Origin: Girardia tigrina
Taxonomy: Eukaryota
NCBI GenBank assembly: GCA_001938485.1
Contig: MQRK01168947.1
Span: 1-63,283, forward strand
Length of the DNA stretch: 63,283 bases
Reading direction: 5' to 3'
Shown: piece after piece, positions 40,093 to 53,420 of the stretch
Layout of the letters: each line of letters begins with the position of its first letter
How positions within the stretch are numbered: the stretch's first letter is position 1
The notes under the pieces: generated by a model
Seen by the model: only the letters and a program-made list of their open reading frames with translations
Told to the model about the DNA's origin: nothing
Database searches by the model: none
Made by a program: the position numbers and the translations under genes

Positions 40093-41742
40093 GTGAGTTT
40101 TACTTGAGTTTCTAAATTATAATAATTATTATTTATTTATTTTTCTAACCTCACAGATTTTTTTAAAATAATGCTATCATGTTTTCACACATATAACCCA
40201 CGGTTCATGTGTGATTTTATCTACGCCGCAAACCACTGGTTTAGTAAAAAAAATGGGGTATACTAAAATTATTTTACTCGAGAAAAACTAACAATTCACT
40301 ATGATAACCAACGGGTAATGTGTGATTTTAAATTATCCAAATGCCTCTTGCGAAGAAAACCTTGTGCTGGTTATATGCTTGAAAATATGGTACTTTAATT
40401 GGTGAGAGAAAATTGTTAATAAGATGAATTGACGAAGATTGGAGGATGTTAGAAAAAAACTTATGTTATCTGTTAGGAATTAAGAAATGTTAGTAAAATT
40501 TTTGATATTATGGTAAATTAAATATATACAAACTAAAATTTAGATATATTAAAATATGTAAAGTTTGTAAAATAAATTTTAAAAATTAATAAGATCTAAT
40601 TAAATATTTAAGAATTAAGAAATTTTTAAAATAAAATATACGTATCAAAATGTAGAAATTTTTAAATGTATAATGGTTTTTAGAAATTAATAAAATTAAA
40701 TTAATGAAATTAAATTAATTAAATTTAAGAATGAGAAAATTTATTAAAGACAAAATTTTTAAAATTAAAATAAAATCAAATATTAATATTATAATTATTT
40801 TTATTTATACCGGTATAAGATTTATCAAACACATTGTTTCTCAAAAAAGAAGTTTGTTTAAGTTTTAGTTTTAAACACATTTTGTATTATAATAAAGTTT
40901 GAATGTCGGAAATAACTTTTAACCATAATTCCGTGGATGTTCCAAGAACATTTAACATTAACATTGTAAAAAATAAATTCCTTCTGCAACTTAATATATT
41001 CCAAAAAAAACATTAATATTTATTTATCTTATAACTGATAATAGATTTTAATTTCATTAAATTTCAATTAAAATACAAAAATTGAAAAATTTAAATTTTT
41101 AGTTGTATATTTTTTAAACTGAGAAATATAAATAAGATTTTTTTTCATTTTATATAATTTAAATAACATTATTTTTTCTTATGTTATAAGAGAAAGAAAA
41201 TTCCGGAAAGAAAAGAGATATTTTACTTGAAAATTTTATTTATCATAAAAGAAATATAAAATAATTCTGTAAGTTAATATAATATATATTTTTAATAATT
41301 TTGTATATAATTTGCTATTGTGAAATAATTTATATAAATCACAAAAAATAATGATAATAACTATTATTATTATTTTGTTATATTATTATCATCATCATTA
41401 TTATTATTATCTTCATTATTATTGACAAAAAAATTAATTAATTTTGATACAAATTGAGAGGTTGTCTTTTGTTGTTAATTAAATGTAATATAATTGGTAA
41501 ATATTATGAAGAACAAAAATGAAAATAGAATAAATAAAATTTATTTTACTTTCAAATGATGTATAAATAAATTATTAAAATAATTTTCAATTTAATTCAT
41601 TATTTTATTTAATTTAATTGATTAATCAAACCAGTGCTAGCACGTGCGTTACGGTGGGATTTTGTATATGATCTCGACCTCAGTGTCACAAGACTGGACC
41701 CATATTTTTGAATTTATTTAAATATGTGTAGGACAGAGTGTA

Positions 41743-42128
41743 GTCAATGGCCGCAGTTGGGTCGCCGCATCTTTTCCGATTTCCGAAATCAAGCAACTAA
41801 CGGCCGCGTTAGTATTTATATGGGTGACCGATAGGGAAATCATGGGGTCGTTGACTATAGACAAGCTGTCTGCTGCAGGTATCATGTAAACTGTAATACC
41901 TGTTCCATGGTCGAATGGATGGCGACTAAACCGGCTCCTTCACCTAGAGTAACCTTGGTGAAGAGGTGTCTGGACACCTTGGAGCCAACGGCCATCCATG
42001 CCTGTAGAGTAGATAGGCGCCACCAGGTTCCTTGCCTACTGACACATTTCTAAATTTGCAAAACCAAGCCAGTATGCTTGTGCATAATTGAGTACACCCA
42101 CGGCCCAACGGTTGCGGTATCAAAAAAA
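41743..42128 (+). mobile_element. 5S rRNA-derived SINE (SINE3-type) with RTE-related body and A tail
   Basis: Head 41743-41856: helix I gtcaatggcc/ggtcgttgac, A-box-like aatcaagc, gttagta, C-box atgggtgacc. Body homologous to 22830-23030(-). Ends in caaaaaaa. Confidence 0.8.
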
Positions 42129-42348
42129 GGACAGTGAATGAATTATTAAAATATTGCTGAGAATGGATTGATATAAATAATTCCATCGTTTAGTCCATGT
42201 TACTTGATCAACATCTCCACAAATGATATTTAAGTCATTAACATTGCGAGAAGATATCGGGAAATTATTAAATTATCCTTTTTTTTCTACATTTTTCTTA
42301 ATCAAAACACATTTTGAATCTGTAATCTTCTTCTCGATATTATTTTTA

Positions 42349-42499
42349 CCCTAATTTACTGCGGATAACCAACGGGTAATACGGTGGAAAAATTCGACTT
42401 TTCGAAAAATTTATGGGTGCAGGTTTTATACTAATCTTGATTTTCAAAAGTAGTTAATGACCAAACATTGAGATACGGGTTATCCGCAGTAAATTGAGG
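42349..42499. mobile_element. pogo/Tc2-like MITE
   Basis: TIR ccctaatttactgcggataacc / ggttatccgcagtaaattgagg with TA on both sides. Confidence 0.8.
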
Positions 42500-42749
42500 T
42501 ATTATTCAAACGATCAATTATCGTTAGAAATCCATAGATTGATAATTTCACTTTCTTTTCTAAAATAATCGGATTTAGTACATTATATAAACAAATTGGA
42601 GTTTTTTTTATTTTTCAATAACCGTTTTTTATCATATTTAATTTTTTTTCTGTCTATATACAAAAGTAATAAAAAATTAACAAATTGCTTTTAAAATAAC
42701 TTTTGACATAAGAGATGAAAGAGAGAAGATATCAACTTAGATGTAAATA

Positions 42750-43170
42750 TCTATTTTTATGACAATTAATTTCGACTGTAACACATTTTGGATTTTATAT
42801 GTTTGTGATATTATTTTGTGATACGAGGTATTTTGTAATAAATCTCCAACCCCATTTGGATTATTTTCATTCTCGTTTATAAATTTACATTTAATGAGTG
42901 TAATGCTACATACATTGGAGAAGCGTCCCGTCATCTGTGAAGGAAAATCTAAGAAGACGGTCGGAATGTAGGTGGGATTAATATTGCAGAACACAGAAAG
43001 AGTTTTGATTCAAACAAAAATATAAACATAAATGATTTTCAAATTCTGTGAACTCATTTTAAGAACTATTGGGAGAGGGTTGTCTGAGAAACACTATATC
43101 AGATCTTTAGATCCTAAGAATAATGTTCAAACGGGTCTTTCAAAATCCCTATTGATCGTGTTTAGATTGT
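42750..43170 (+). mobile_element. PLE GIY-YIG domain with inverted pLTR fragment at the 5' end
   Basis: LVYKFTFNECNATYIGEASRHL...YIRSLDPKNNVQ. Truncated minus-strand hammerhead tail (gacaattaatttcgac) near 42761; same family as 7133-7675. Confidence 0.85.
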
Positions 43171-44039
43171 GTCCAGACACCTCAACACATGACATTTCAT
43201 CATACGACATTTCATCATTCAGTAGAAAAGAAAATAAGAGAAATATCTATTGACTGTTTGGCCAGCCCAGTATAATAAAAATATTTAAAAATTCGTTACA
43301 TGAAATATTATTAATAAAAGTAAAATATTTATGTTAATTACTAAAAATGATTCGAAAAACATTTGTTATTTAAAAACATACTATTTTGAAACAAATAATT
43401 GTACTATCTGTGAGGAATATTTGGTGTGTGGATGTGTTTGTGTAATGTTTGCATGTTTAAATGTTGTGTGTTGATTTCGGATTGTGCCTCTCCTAATCAG
43501 ATGGATTATCAATATTTAATTATAATTATCTTATAATCTGAAACTCACTTATTTAAATTTAGATTTAATATCCAAATTTTTAATTTTTATTATTGCATTT
43601 TTTAAATTATTTAATTGATTTTATTTTTGTAAATTTTTAAATAATTAAAATCAAATTAATGTTTAAAAATGACTATAAAAATATTTTATTTCAGCCAATA
43701 AAATTTAAATTAAATATTTTTAAATAAAATAATCTTCTCAAGTTAGTTCAGATTATAATGAGAGATATTGAAAATTGATTGATGGATCTAAGTGAAAGCA
43801 ATACTATTGATCATCATAAAGATGATAATAAATGTGAATGTAATAAATGTTCTGTCAAATGTGTGAGTTCTCTTAACACTATCAATTATCATATCATTTA
43901 CAAATTATTTTAAGGATTTTTAAATGAAAAGAAAATTATTGGAAAATAAAGTCAATTCTACTACATTAAATATTCATTAAAATAACAATATTATACACAC
44001 TGTCATATTTTACATCAGAACATATGGGAAACGGCTTTA

Positions 44040-44850
44040 GAAATTCCAGTCGATTTACTTTTCATAGTTGTTAATCATCACCTCTAACCTGGTCTTCAGT
44101 TGACGAAATTTTTTCTTTGTCGATATTTCTTGTCCAGATCGAAATTTGATATATAAAGCATTTTGAAATTCAATTTCTTTAATAAATACGTCAAGAAATT
44201 TTCAGATTGTTGGTTCATTGTACATTAAAATAAAGATGTCAAGCTAAAATGCCCACCTTCAACCGCGTTTGTTGTTCTCGATAATCATCAAATATTGTTT
44301 TATGATAATTCCATAATTTCGGTTGAAATAACCTATTCCTCCGGTTTCCATTTATCATTTGTAATCCCCTTATGTACGTATATTCAAAATAGCTTAAAAG
44401 GTCTTTGAAAAAACTTCCCGTATATTCATACTGTTCTGAAACTTTTAAAAATCCCCCTAATACCTCAGATATTGGCATGAGAGAAAGTTCACACAACATT
44501 TTTGTGCAAACGGAAAATTTTTTATTTGTTTCGTAAACAATTTTTAAACCAAGTTCGATAATTTTTCTTAAAACTGACTATAATAATAAGTAAAAAATGC
44601 AACTCGATACATTTACCGTTGGAAAGGAAATTTCGAAAGACTTCATAGCTGCTGTCTCTAAATCAATAAGTATTCTGGTAGGAGAAGCACGTAGAATTAA
44701 AATTTTGAGATTCTCTAACATTTTCCTATAACATTTTTGACTTTTTCCAGGTAACAGTTTGTGTAGAAATAACGAATTCAGTTCCAAAGAAGAATAATCT
44801 AATAATATATATTCTGCTTTGGTCAGCTTAATGAGACTGAATTCAATTAT
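44040..44850 (-). mobile_element. MULE transposase fragment
   Basis: LLPGKSQKCY...ILIDLETAAMKSFEISFP...SCIFYL, YFEYTYI, FQPKLWN. Confidence 0.85.
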
Positions 44851-47800
44851 CACTATCGAGTATAAAACAAAAATAAAACTTAGTCACTAAAATCTAGACA
44901 AAGTTAATGAAATCGTATATTTCACTCTTAAATTTGATGAACTTAGTATCTATGTAATTAAATCCAACTGCTAAATAATAGAGGAAAATAATAAACTATT
45001 CAATAGAATAACTAAACAATAGAATAATTAGCAACTAAATAAAATTTTAATCTTTCAATAACCTCTACAATTGATAAAAAGATGAGTCCGATAAAATAGC
45101 GGGAAAGGAGTACGTGGATTTTAGAGTCAATGCTGGGTGGACACTATGAATAGTTGGTTGGTTAGATGAATATTCTTTGAGCAAAATCAAACGATAGACA
45201 CATATAGAGATAGGCAGCGCATACGTCTAACGGCTAATTCGTTAGTAAGTGTGAAAACCGAAAGTGTCTTCATTTTTTAAAGAAAATTCCACGAATAATA
45301 CTCCAAAATATATTTAGAACTAATAACAATTTAATTGTTTAATTCATCAATTTATAAATCAATTTCATTTTATTATAGGAATTAAATCCTATATATACAA
45401 ATCCTATATACAAAAGTAGGTCACTACAGTAATTAATAATATTAGTTCTGTAATTCGATAAATTGATTTTTTATTTAAATTTGGAATTTTTAATAATTTA
45501 ATAATCCTTAGGATTATTATTACTTACTTCCAAATTTATCTTTCATTCTTCTCACTACATTTCTTCTTTTTCAAATCGGTCTTCTTCTAAAAAGCAAAAA
45601 GTCTTATAATTCGATAAATAAAAAAATATATATTACAACAATAAATAAACATAAAACAGATCATACGGCTCCGAAAACAAAGTACAAACAATAAATAAAA
45701 AAATCACATCACTGCATGAACTAAAAGACTAATAAAAAATAAAAAAATCACATTTGAGCTAGGCAATCAAAGGGGTACCTGTCAAACGAAAGATATGATG
45801 TAAAGCAAAAAATAAAAGTAAAAAAAGGTGAGAGAAACTCACACTACAGTTTGTAACATCAACTTAAAATTATTTAAAAATATCTAAATTTATGTCATAT
45901 AAAGTGTTTTTGAGAAGAATGTTACTACAAATTTGATATGAATAAAACTGCACTACAAAATTATTCTGCTACGTGACCATGCACTAATCAACTAAACTGC
46001 ACGTCTCAAAACTAGTGAAAATGTACTTGCAAACACAAAATCTTGAAGTCGTAACCCACCGATCATATTTTTCAGGCATCGATGCTTCGGAATTCAAATT
46101 ATGATATCAATAAATGTATTGAAAATCCAATTAGTGTTCTTAATACTGATATATTTTGACTTTTTAATTATTCAATATCCGAATATTTAGAGTGGTGTAT
46201 TCTAATATTTAGTACCATTAACTTTTATACTTCTTTGAAATATATTTTAAAACTAGCAACTCTTTTACCTCAATATTAAAAAATGGAAAATACTAATTGT
46301 GTGTTGTAGAACTGATGGAGCAAAATGGGAAAAAAAATATTTCATACAGAAAACTTTAACAAAATGAAATAATCAGAAAGGTATTATCATTACAGTATCA
46401 CCACGAGAATTGATGAATGAGGAAATTATGACTTGAAAGGTTTTTCGAAGAAGAATATATTCCTTTTATAAGCAATAATCTCTCTTAATTTATGATTCTC
46501 ATCACTCACATCTCATTGTTATCGTTGGACACTGTGGGAGTGTATTTCACATTAGTCATAGTACCTGTGGATCAACTAAAAAAATTTTACCACCACTCAA
46601 TATTTTTGTGAAGTGTGAGGGAAAATTCGGAATGTTGTAAGTTTGTTATTGTATGCTGTTTAGATTGGTGACTCTCCTACTCAGTTGGGATAGATATGTT
46701 ATTGATTAATTATTTAAATCTAATGAAATTATTTTAATGAGATCAATGTTTAAATACTAATTAATTAAAAGTTTTAAAATTATAAATTTTATTAATATTT
46801 TTAGTAATATTTTTTAACTTATTTATATTTTTTTAACTTATTGAATTTAATATAGTTTAAAAACTAATGTTTGTTTAAAAATTACTTAATGCATTTTTAT
46901 CGAATAAAAATTTTGAGAAATTAAAAGTTAATATTATTCTTATTTTATTAATTAATTTAAAGATTTGAATTTAGCTAGAAAAAACATATTAATCAAGAAT
47001 TATGCTTCCCGCAAATTGTGCTTCCGACAATGAATCTGACGGATTAAAATTTATAATATTTTACGAAATGATTTTGAAAATGAAAATTTAAATTTAATAA
47101 ATTGATTTTAACAATAAATTTAAAAAAATTAAAAATTTTAATTTAAATTTATAAATTAAATTTTTAAAAAAATGATAAATGAAGTTTGCCGAAACGATCA
47201 AATTAAAGAAAAATTTGTTTAAATATGTATATTATTGTCATGAATAAATTTGAGTTAAAAATTCACTCAGATTTTAAAAATTCAAATAATGAATTTCAAA
47301 AGCATATATGCTACTAAGGCTTATAATAGTTTTTGAGATATATTATTTTCATTAAAAAAATACATGTATTATTTGAACCCATTGTATAAACTATTTTATA
47401 AAATTTTCCAGAGAAGTTATAATTTTGTATAACCCTCTTTATTTAAGCGAGAAGTACAGAAAGTTTAAGGTATTCTAACAACTTTATAATACTTTTATAG
47501 AAAGATAAGCATTGCTTATATTTAAGATTTCATCTATTTTTGCAAAGATTATTGAAAATTAATTAAAATATAATTAAAACTTTTTAGAAAATTATATTTA
47601 ACTTTTAAGAATTTCAAATATTTTTCTTTTAAGAATACTGAAATGTCAAATTTTTTTGTAAAAATTCATAATTTTAATTGAGACAACAATTGAGACGTTA
47701 ACTAAATTGTAAAATAATTTACAAATTCATCGTTGCCTCATTTATTTAAAAATTAAGTTAAAACAGACTAACCGTGATTGATTGCATTCTTATCCTGATT

Positions 47801-47963
47801 TCCTAATTTAAGAATAATAATAATATATAGTTGCGTTTGGCTTACCACCCATTTGAATACTCGAGTCCATCGTTTATTTAAAATCGTTTATTTAATGCCA
47901 ACTGCTAGAAGACAAGGTTTCACTCTTCAATATTTTTTTAAAAAAACATACATGCACACATAA

Positions 47964-48010
<47 letters not shown>

Positions 48011-48419
48011 AATAAAAGGAGAATCAAAGGATAACTCTGTTCTCGACCCCATAATAGATAATAGAAAATATCTAAATTTGTTGATTGCATAATATTTCAT
48101 TTAATTATCTTTTTTAAAAATGACGTAAACCAATGATAAAATACAATTTACAACGAATATCAAGTTGATTTGAACACTTCGCGCAGCTGATTATTTAAAC
48201 AACTACTGAAATTATTATTATTTTTTGAGAAACATTTTTTTCAGTTTTAATGCTTTTTTATTTGATTTATTCTTTTAATTTAATTGAAGTTTTTCTCTAC
48301 AATTTTCGATTATTTTATTTTTTTTAATTTTTATATAGTAATTTTCAATTTCTCTTAACTCCTTCAACACATTTTTTTATTTAAGTAATCTATGTAATAT
48401 TTTGTAAATACGTTTTGTA

Positions 48420-49000
48420 AAGTTTTCAAATTGAAATGGTTTCTATGTATATAGAGGATAATATTTTTTGCCACGAATATACCTAACTTCACAATCAAGA
48501 CCCAGGAAATACTTCAGGCCAGAGCAGTTCCAGAAAGGTTCATAGTAAGGTGGAATTATTCATCACCATGTGCAAAAAGTTTATCCAGTTTAAGAACGCC
48601 TGAGAAAGTATTAAACCTCTTCTAATGAAGCACTACTTTATGATGAACTTATCAAAATATACTAAGAAGTGGAAAACAACATCAACTGGTGAAATGAATC
48701 GTGATGTAATCTATTGCGTAAAACCCTGCGACAACCCTTAACAAGTTGCTTGAGAGTATCGTTTCAACATTGCTGTCACATCTGTACACAATTCCACGAA
48801 GGAGGTTAGAGAAGCATCGCTGATCATTAGAAAACTTATGAAAATGTAACTTGAGTATAAATAATTTCAAAATTCTGTGTCAGCATTTTAAAAAGTATTG
48901 AGAGAAATTTGGATGAAGCTTTGTTAATAAGATCTTGTGATTTTAAAAGCAATGTTCAAACTGAACTACCAAACAATTTTTAAAAAGTCTTCGAATAATT
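48420..49000 (+). mobile_element. Decayed PLE RT C-terminal region
   Basis: RWNYSSPC-like and LLMKHYF-like remnants of the PLE RT C-terminus; heavily disrupted. Confidence 0.4.
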
Positions 49001-49094
49001 TGAAGCACTAGAATTCATAATTGTTATTTCCACATACATTATCAGTAAAAATGCTAAAAATCAGTAAAACCATCGAAATATAGAAAGTGCTACA

Positions 49095-50503
49095 AAAACG
49101 ACATATTCAAGACTTTAAAAAATTTATCTATACAATAATTTTATTTACTTGAAGAAAAAATAAATATAAATATAAACTTACATATTGTAATGATTTTGGA
49201 AATCATTACAATATATAAGTTTATATTTATATTTATTTTTTCTTATTCAATGTTTTAAAGCATAATGCGGCAATTAAGCAAGGAAGAACGAATATTTGGG
49301 TGCAATATTATCAATTATCAATTATCATTTGAATTGGAAAGGTAACCCGATATCAATATGTTATGTCTTCGATTTTATCGTCATTTCCAAAAAATAGCGC
49401 CTACTGTTAGAAAAATTCATTTATTGATATAAAAGTTTCAAGCAACTGGATGTGTTACTAACTGTAATAAGGGGAGAAATCGTCCTCCGAAAACTGTAGG
49501 AACAGGTGATAACATGAGTTTGGCAAAGCGTCACTTCATTCCACGTCCGATTACTAGCATCAGACAAGCGGCCTCCCACCTAAAAATTAACAAGTCGTAC
49601 TTAAACAGATTACTTAAATCTAATCAGATATGTCCATACGGAACTCAAACTGTGTTTAAGTTGAATGAAAATGATTTTGAAGAATTTATTGAATTTCGTA
49701 GCCCTACATTGCGTATGACACAAGAGAACTCACAATTTCTGGTTAACTTATGGATGTCGATAGTCCACTTCTATGTTTTCAGAATACATTAACAACAAAA
49801 TATGAGATTTTAAGGCTCCACCATGCATATAACAAATTATGTGCAAAAATCGTTGAAATCTACTTTTGTTACTAGATGGGTAGCTACCACTAAACATGGA
49901 TTGATTGTCGCCTATTTTTATGAGAATGCTAGTAGACAACATGTTTCTGTTGCATCATTTCGTTCTGACGAAATGATAAATAATTTTTTGTATACCAAAT
50001 CGGATTAACTTTCCCGGTGTTCACATGAACCATCAATGGTTTCACTAAGATGGCGCACCCTCGCGTACCGCTCAAGTCAGAATGCAATGTCTAAATTATC
50101 ATTTTCAACATCACCTTATTTTAAAGCGTTCCAACTTCATTTGACCAGCGTGATCGACTGGTTTAAGTAACATAGTCTTTTTCCTCTGGGAATTCTTAAA
50201 GAATCGAATTTGTAAAAAAACTATTGTAACTACCATTGTTTTCAAAGATTAAATAAGAACTGAACTAACCAATATTGACCAAAAGATTATAAACTCTGCT
50301 TTTATAAGCTTCAGAAGACATCTACAGGAATGCTCTTTCAATGGAGTCCATCATATTCAAAACACATTTCACCATCTTCCTAATGCCTGTTCATTTCCGT
50401 TGAATCATTACAATATGTAAATTGGAATCCTATGTTTGATTTTTTCCAAGTAAATAAAAGTATTGTATAGATAGATTTTTTTAAGTCTTGAATATGTCGT
50501 TTT
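49095..50503 (+). mobile_element. DUF4817/rosa-like Tc1 element with TIRs of about 105 bp
   Basis: aaaacgacatattcaagactt...catattgtaatgatt is mirrored at 50403-50503. KFQATGCV, SIRQAASHL, WFH*DGAPSR, FFLWEFLK. Confidence 0.8.
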
Positions 50504-51132
50504 TTGAATATATTATCATAAAATATTCTTTGAAATGGTCTTTTTTATAATAAATATTAGGAACACCAATTTTACTTTAATATTTGTATTAATATTACAA
50601 GTTTGATTGACCTCAGGACAATCTGTGTCAAAACTTTTGTTCGATCGCATTCTAATTAATTGATTAATGACTTTAATCATAATATCGGAGTAAATGGAAA
50701 TTACATAAATTGGTAAAATATTTATTCTATTTTTTATTGGTTAAAAATGAAAATGAATATTAATTTTTTAAAAAAATTTAATTCAATTTATTTATTTAAA
50801 AATCGTAAATAGAATTAATCAATTTATTTAAAATTTTATAATTATTTCAAATTAAAAATAAATTTAAAAATTACCTATTCTCAGATAATAAGAATTAAAA
50901 TATTAATCATCCATCGGGGTAGGAGAGACACAATTCCAAATCAACACACAACATTCAAACACAAAACATCAAACATTCCAAATATTCCTCACAAATAATA
51001 AATATAAAAAATTATAAATAAATTTTCAAATAAATAATAAATTAAAAATATCTAGACAAAAATTAATAAAAAAATTATATTATTTTTTTAGAAAATACTT
51101 TTTTAATAAACATAATTTTTACTTTAATTTAG

Positions 51133-51272
51133 GTTATAAATCAGAAATTCCAATGAAAGAAACGTTTAGAAACGATCAGTTCTATCTGTCCCCCTACGAA
51201 ACAGTCAAATCGAAATCTTGTAGAAATGCTCTTGAACCATTTATCGACAATGTCACAAAAAAAGAAAACACG
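51133..51272 (+). CDS. Probable cytoplasmic-tail exon
   Basis: aatttag|...|gtaaat, phase 1-0, open frame (YKSEIPMKETFRNDQFYLSPYETV...) compatible with the TM exon. No homology check possible. Confidence 0.65.
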
Positions 51273-51840
51273 GTAAATGGAAATTAATTATCTTTTTTGT
51301 TGCAAAAAAACAACAACATCACATAACGATTTTGTAAGAGAAACGAAATCTTGATTAAAAAAAATGAAAATGACACTTGAAAACAATTATTCGAATTTCA
51401 AAAGCCATTGAATTCTTGAAACTAGAATCGATATCGTTCAATTGCTATTAATTACTATTTAAATTATTTTTTTCTTTAACAGTTTAATTAAACCAATTTA
51501 TGAATACCAAAAAATAAACGGAAAATATTTCTTTCTCTTGTTTTTGTCAGAGAGAAAACGTTGGAGGACAAACGTTTTTTACTCTTGAATATTCTGTCAA
51601 AAATATATTTGTTTTCTGATTTCATTTGATTAAAATAAATATTTTTTTAATTTTTGTCGTCATAAAATTTTATATTTTATTTATATTTTTATGTTTTGAT
51701 TAAAAATTTAATTATTATTAAAATTTTTCATTCATTTTTTATAAAAAAATATTAGTAAAAAATAATTTGTTAAAAAATACATATATATATNNNNNNNNNN
51801 NNNNNNNNNNNNNNNNNNNNNNNNNNNNNNNNNNNNNNNN

Positions 51841-51876
<36 letters not shown>

Positions 51877-52469
51877 ATTATTAAACATGTTTCGGAACTT
51901 CATTTTTCAACAATTATAAATAATAATTTATAATGTAATGTGTAAGATAATAAATGTTAATTAATTGGAGATTTTATTAATAATATTACACTTTCTGGAT
52001 TTTATTGAATATTAAAGGCAAAAATAATTTATTTTATTTTAATTTAAAATCCTAAGAATTGGAAAGGACTTACTTTGCATATTTTGAATATTAATTGTGA
52101 GAAATATTTTTGAATGGATTTTATTGTATGTTATTTTATTATTGTGTTTCTCCCACTCATATGGAAGATTGATATTTTAAATATTTTAAAACGTCGGATT
52201 ATTTAATCAATTATTAAAATTTAAACAACCAATTTTAAAATTAAATTAATATTTCATAAATAATATTTTAATAATAATTTTCTTAAAATATATAAATTTT
52301 TTTTTAAATTTAAAGAATAAATTATTTTTGTAATAATTAAATTTTAATTTAAATTTCTTCGAATAATAAGAAGTTAAACAATATTATTAAAAAATTATCA
52401 AGCAAGAACAATGACGAGCTACGCAAGCCATTCAAATTGTGATGCAAATAAATGTAATGAAAACTCAAT

Positions 52470-53420
52470 TAATGTTCTTAATATTAATTAATTGTTTGTA
52501 GTGTCTTATCAATAATAATTCTTAGAGATGTCTCTCATAGTGTCAATCAAATCTCTTCTGTAAAACAGAAAACTCGTCCTATGACATAGAATAGATTCTA
52601 TTTTTGACAGTGTAACCAATCATTAGGGATCTCACTTGATCGGTTTTATTGTGAATGCTCACTAATTCCGGTTTTGAGATGAAGATTTGTCTCTCGAATG
52701 TGAACCTCCCACCCGAAATAAAAAGAGTCATTAGCAGCCACTCGATAGGCCTCCTACGGGGTTGGATAGTTTCGGTCTCTGAAATCTTTTTGTCTTCCCT
52801 GTAAAAAAAGACCCCCATGGGTTCTATCCATGGTTCTGCAAACCTTGAACTGTATTCATAGACTTTGTACATTCTTCAAATGGACATCTGAACTCTCCCT
52901 TTGCAGTTAGATCTGCAATCGTAAAAGTCAGATTTGTTTCTTCAGTACCTATCGCTTCCTCCAACGCTGTCAAGATAGCTGGAGGATTCGTCACTGATTG
53001 AATCTGGTTGCTTGGAATGATGAGATTTTCTACGACTCTTTCTTCTGTTTTATTTGTTGAACTGGTTTGCCTCAACGGAGAAGGACTCAGGAGTAATTCC
53101 AAGGGGATATTTCGAAATGTGTTTACATAGCCAAAGCTCTACAGAATCACGGTTCGCGGGGTCATGACTGGTTCTTTCTAACTAGGAAACTGAACTTTGC
53201 ACATGCACTAAAAGCTAGCATCCTTGCATCTAAAGCCGTGCGAGAAAATTCGTCGGCTCTGTATTGTCTATTTCTGCTTACTACCTGATTCAGAGTCTAT
53301 GACTCACTACCCTGTACTCCAATGCTCGTACTGTAGTCTCAATGATACTCAGTAATTCGTCCAGTTTGTGTAGGCTTGCAAGGGTAGGACAATAAACTGA
53401 TAACTTCCCCAGACAATAAC
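52470..53420 (-). mobile_element. Second copy of the zinc-finger/GIY-YIG chimeric retroelement, with longer GC-richer 5' leader
   Basis: IADLTAKGEFRCPFEECTKSMNTVQGLQNHG, then HIRETNLHLKTGISEH. Collinear with 14500-15200. Confidence 0.75.

Noticed and set aside
41743-41856. Functional 5S rRNA gene
   Set aside because: Diverged 5' half, no oligo-T terminator, and it runs directly into LINE-related sequence.
45379-45415. Possible micro-exon (tatag|...|gtaggt)
   Set aside because: Would shift the phase between the TM exon and the 51133 exon; it is a short local duplication.
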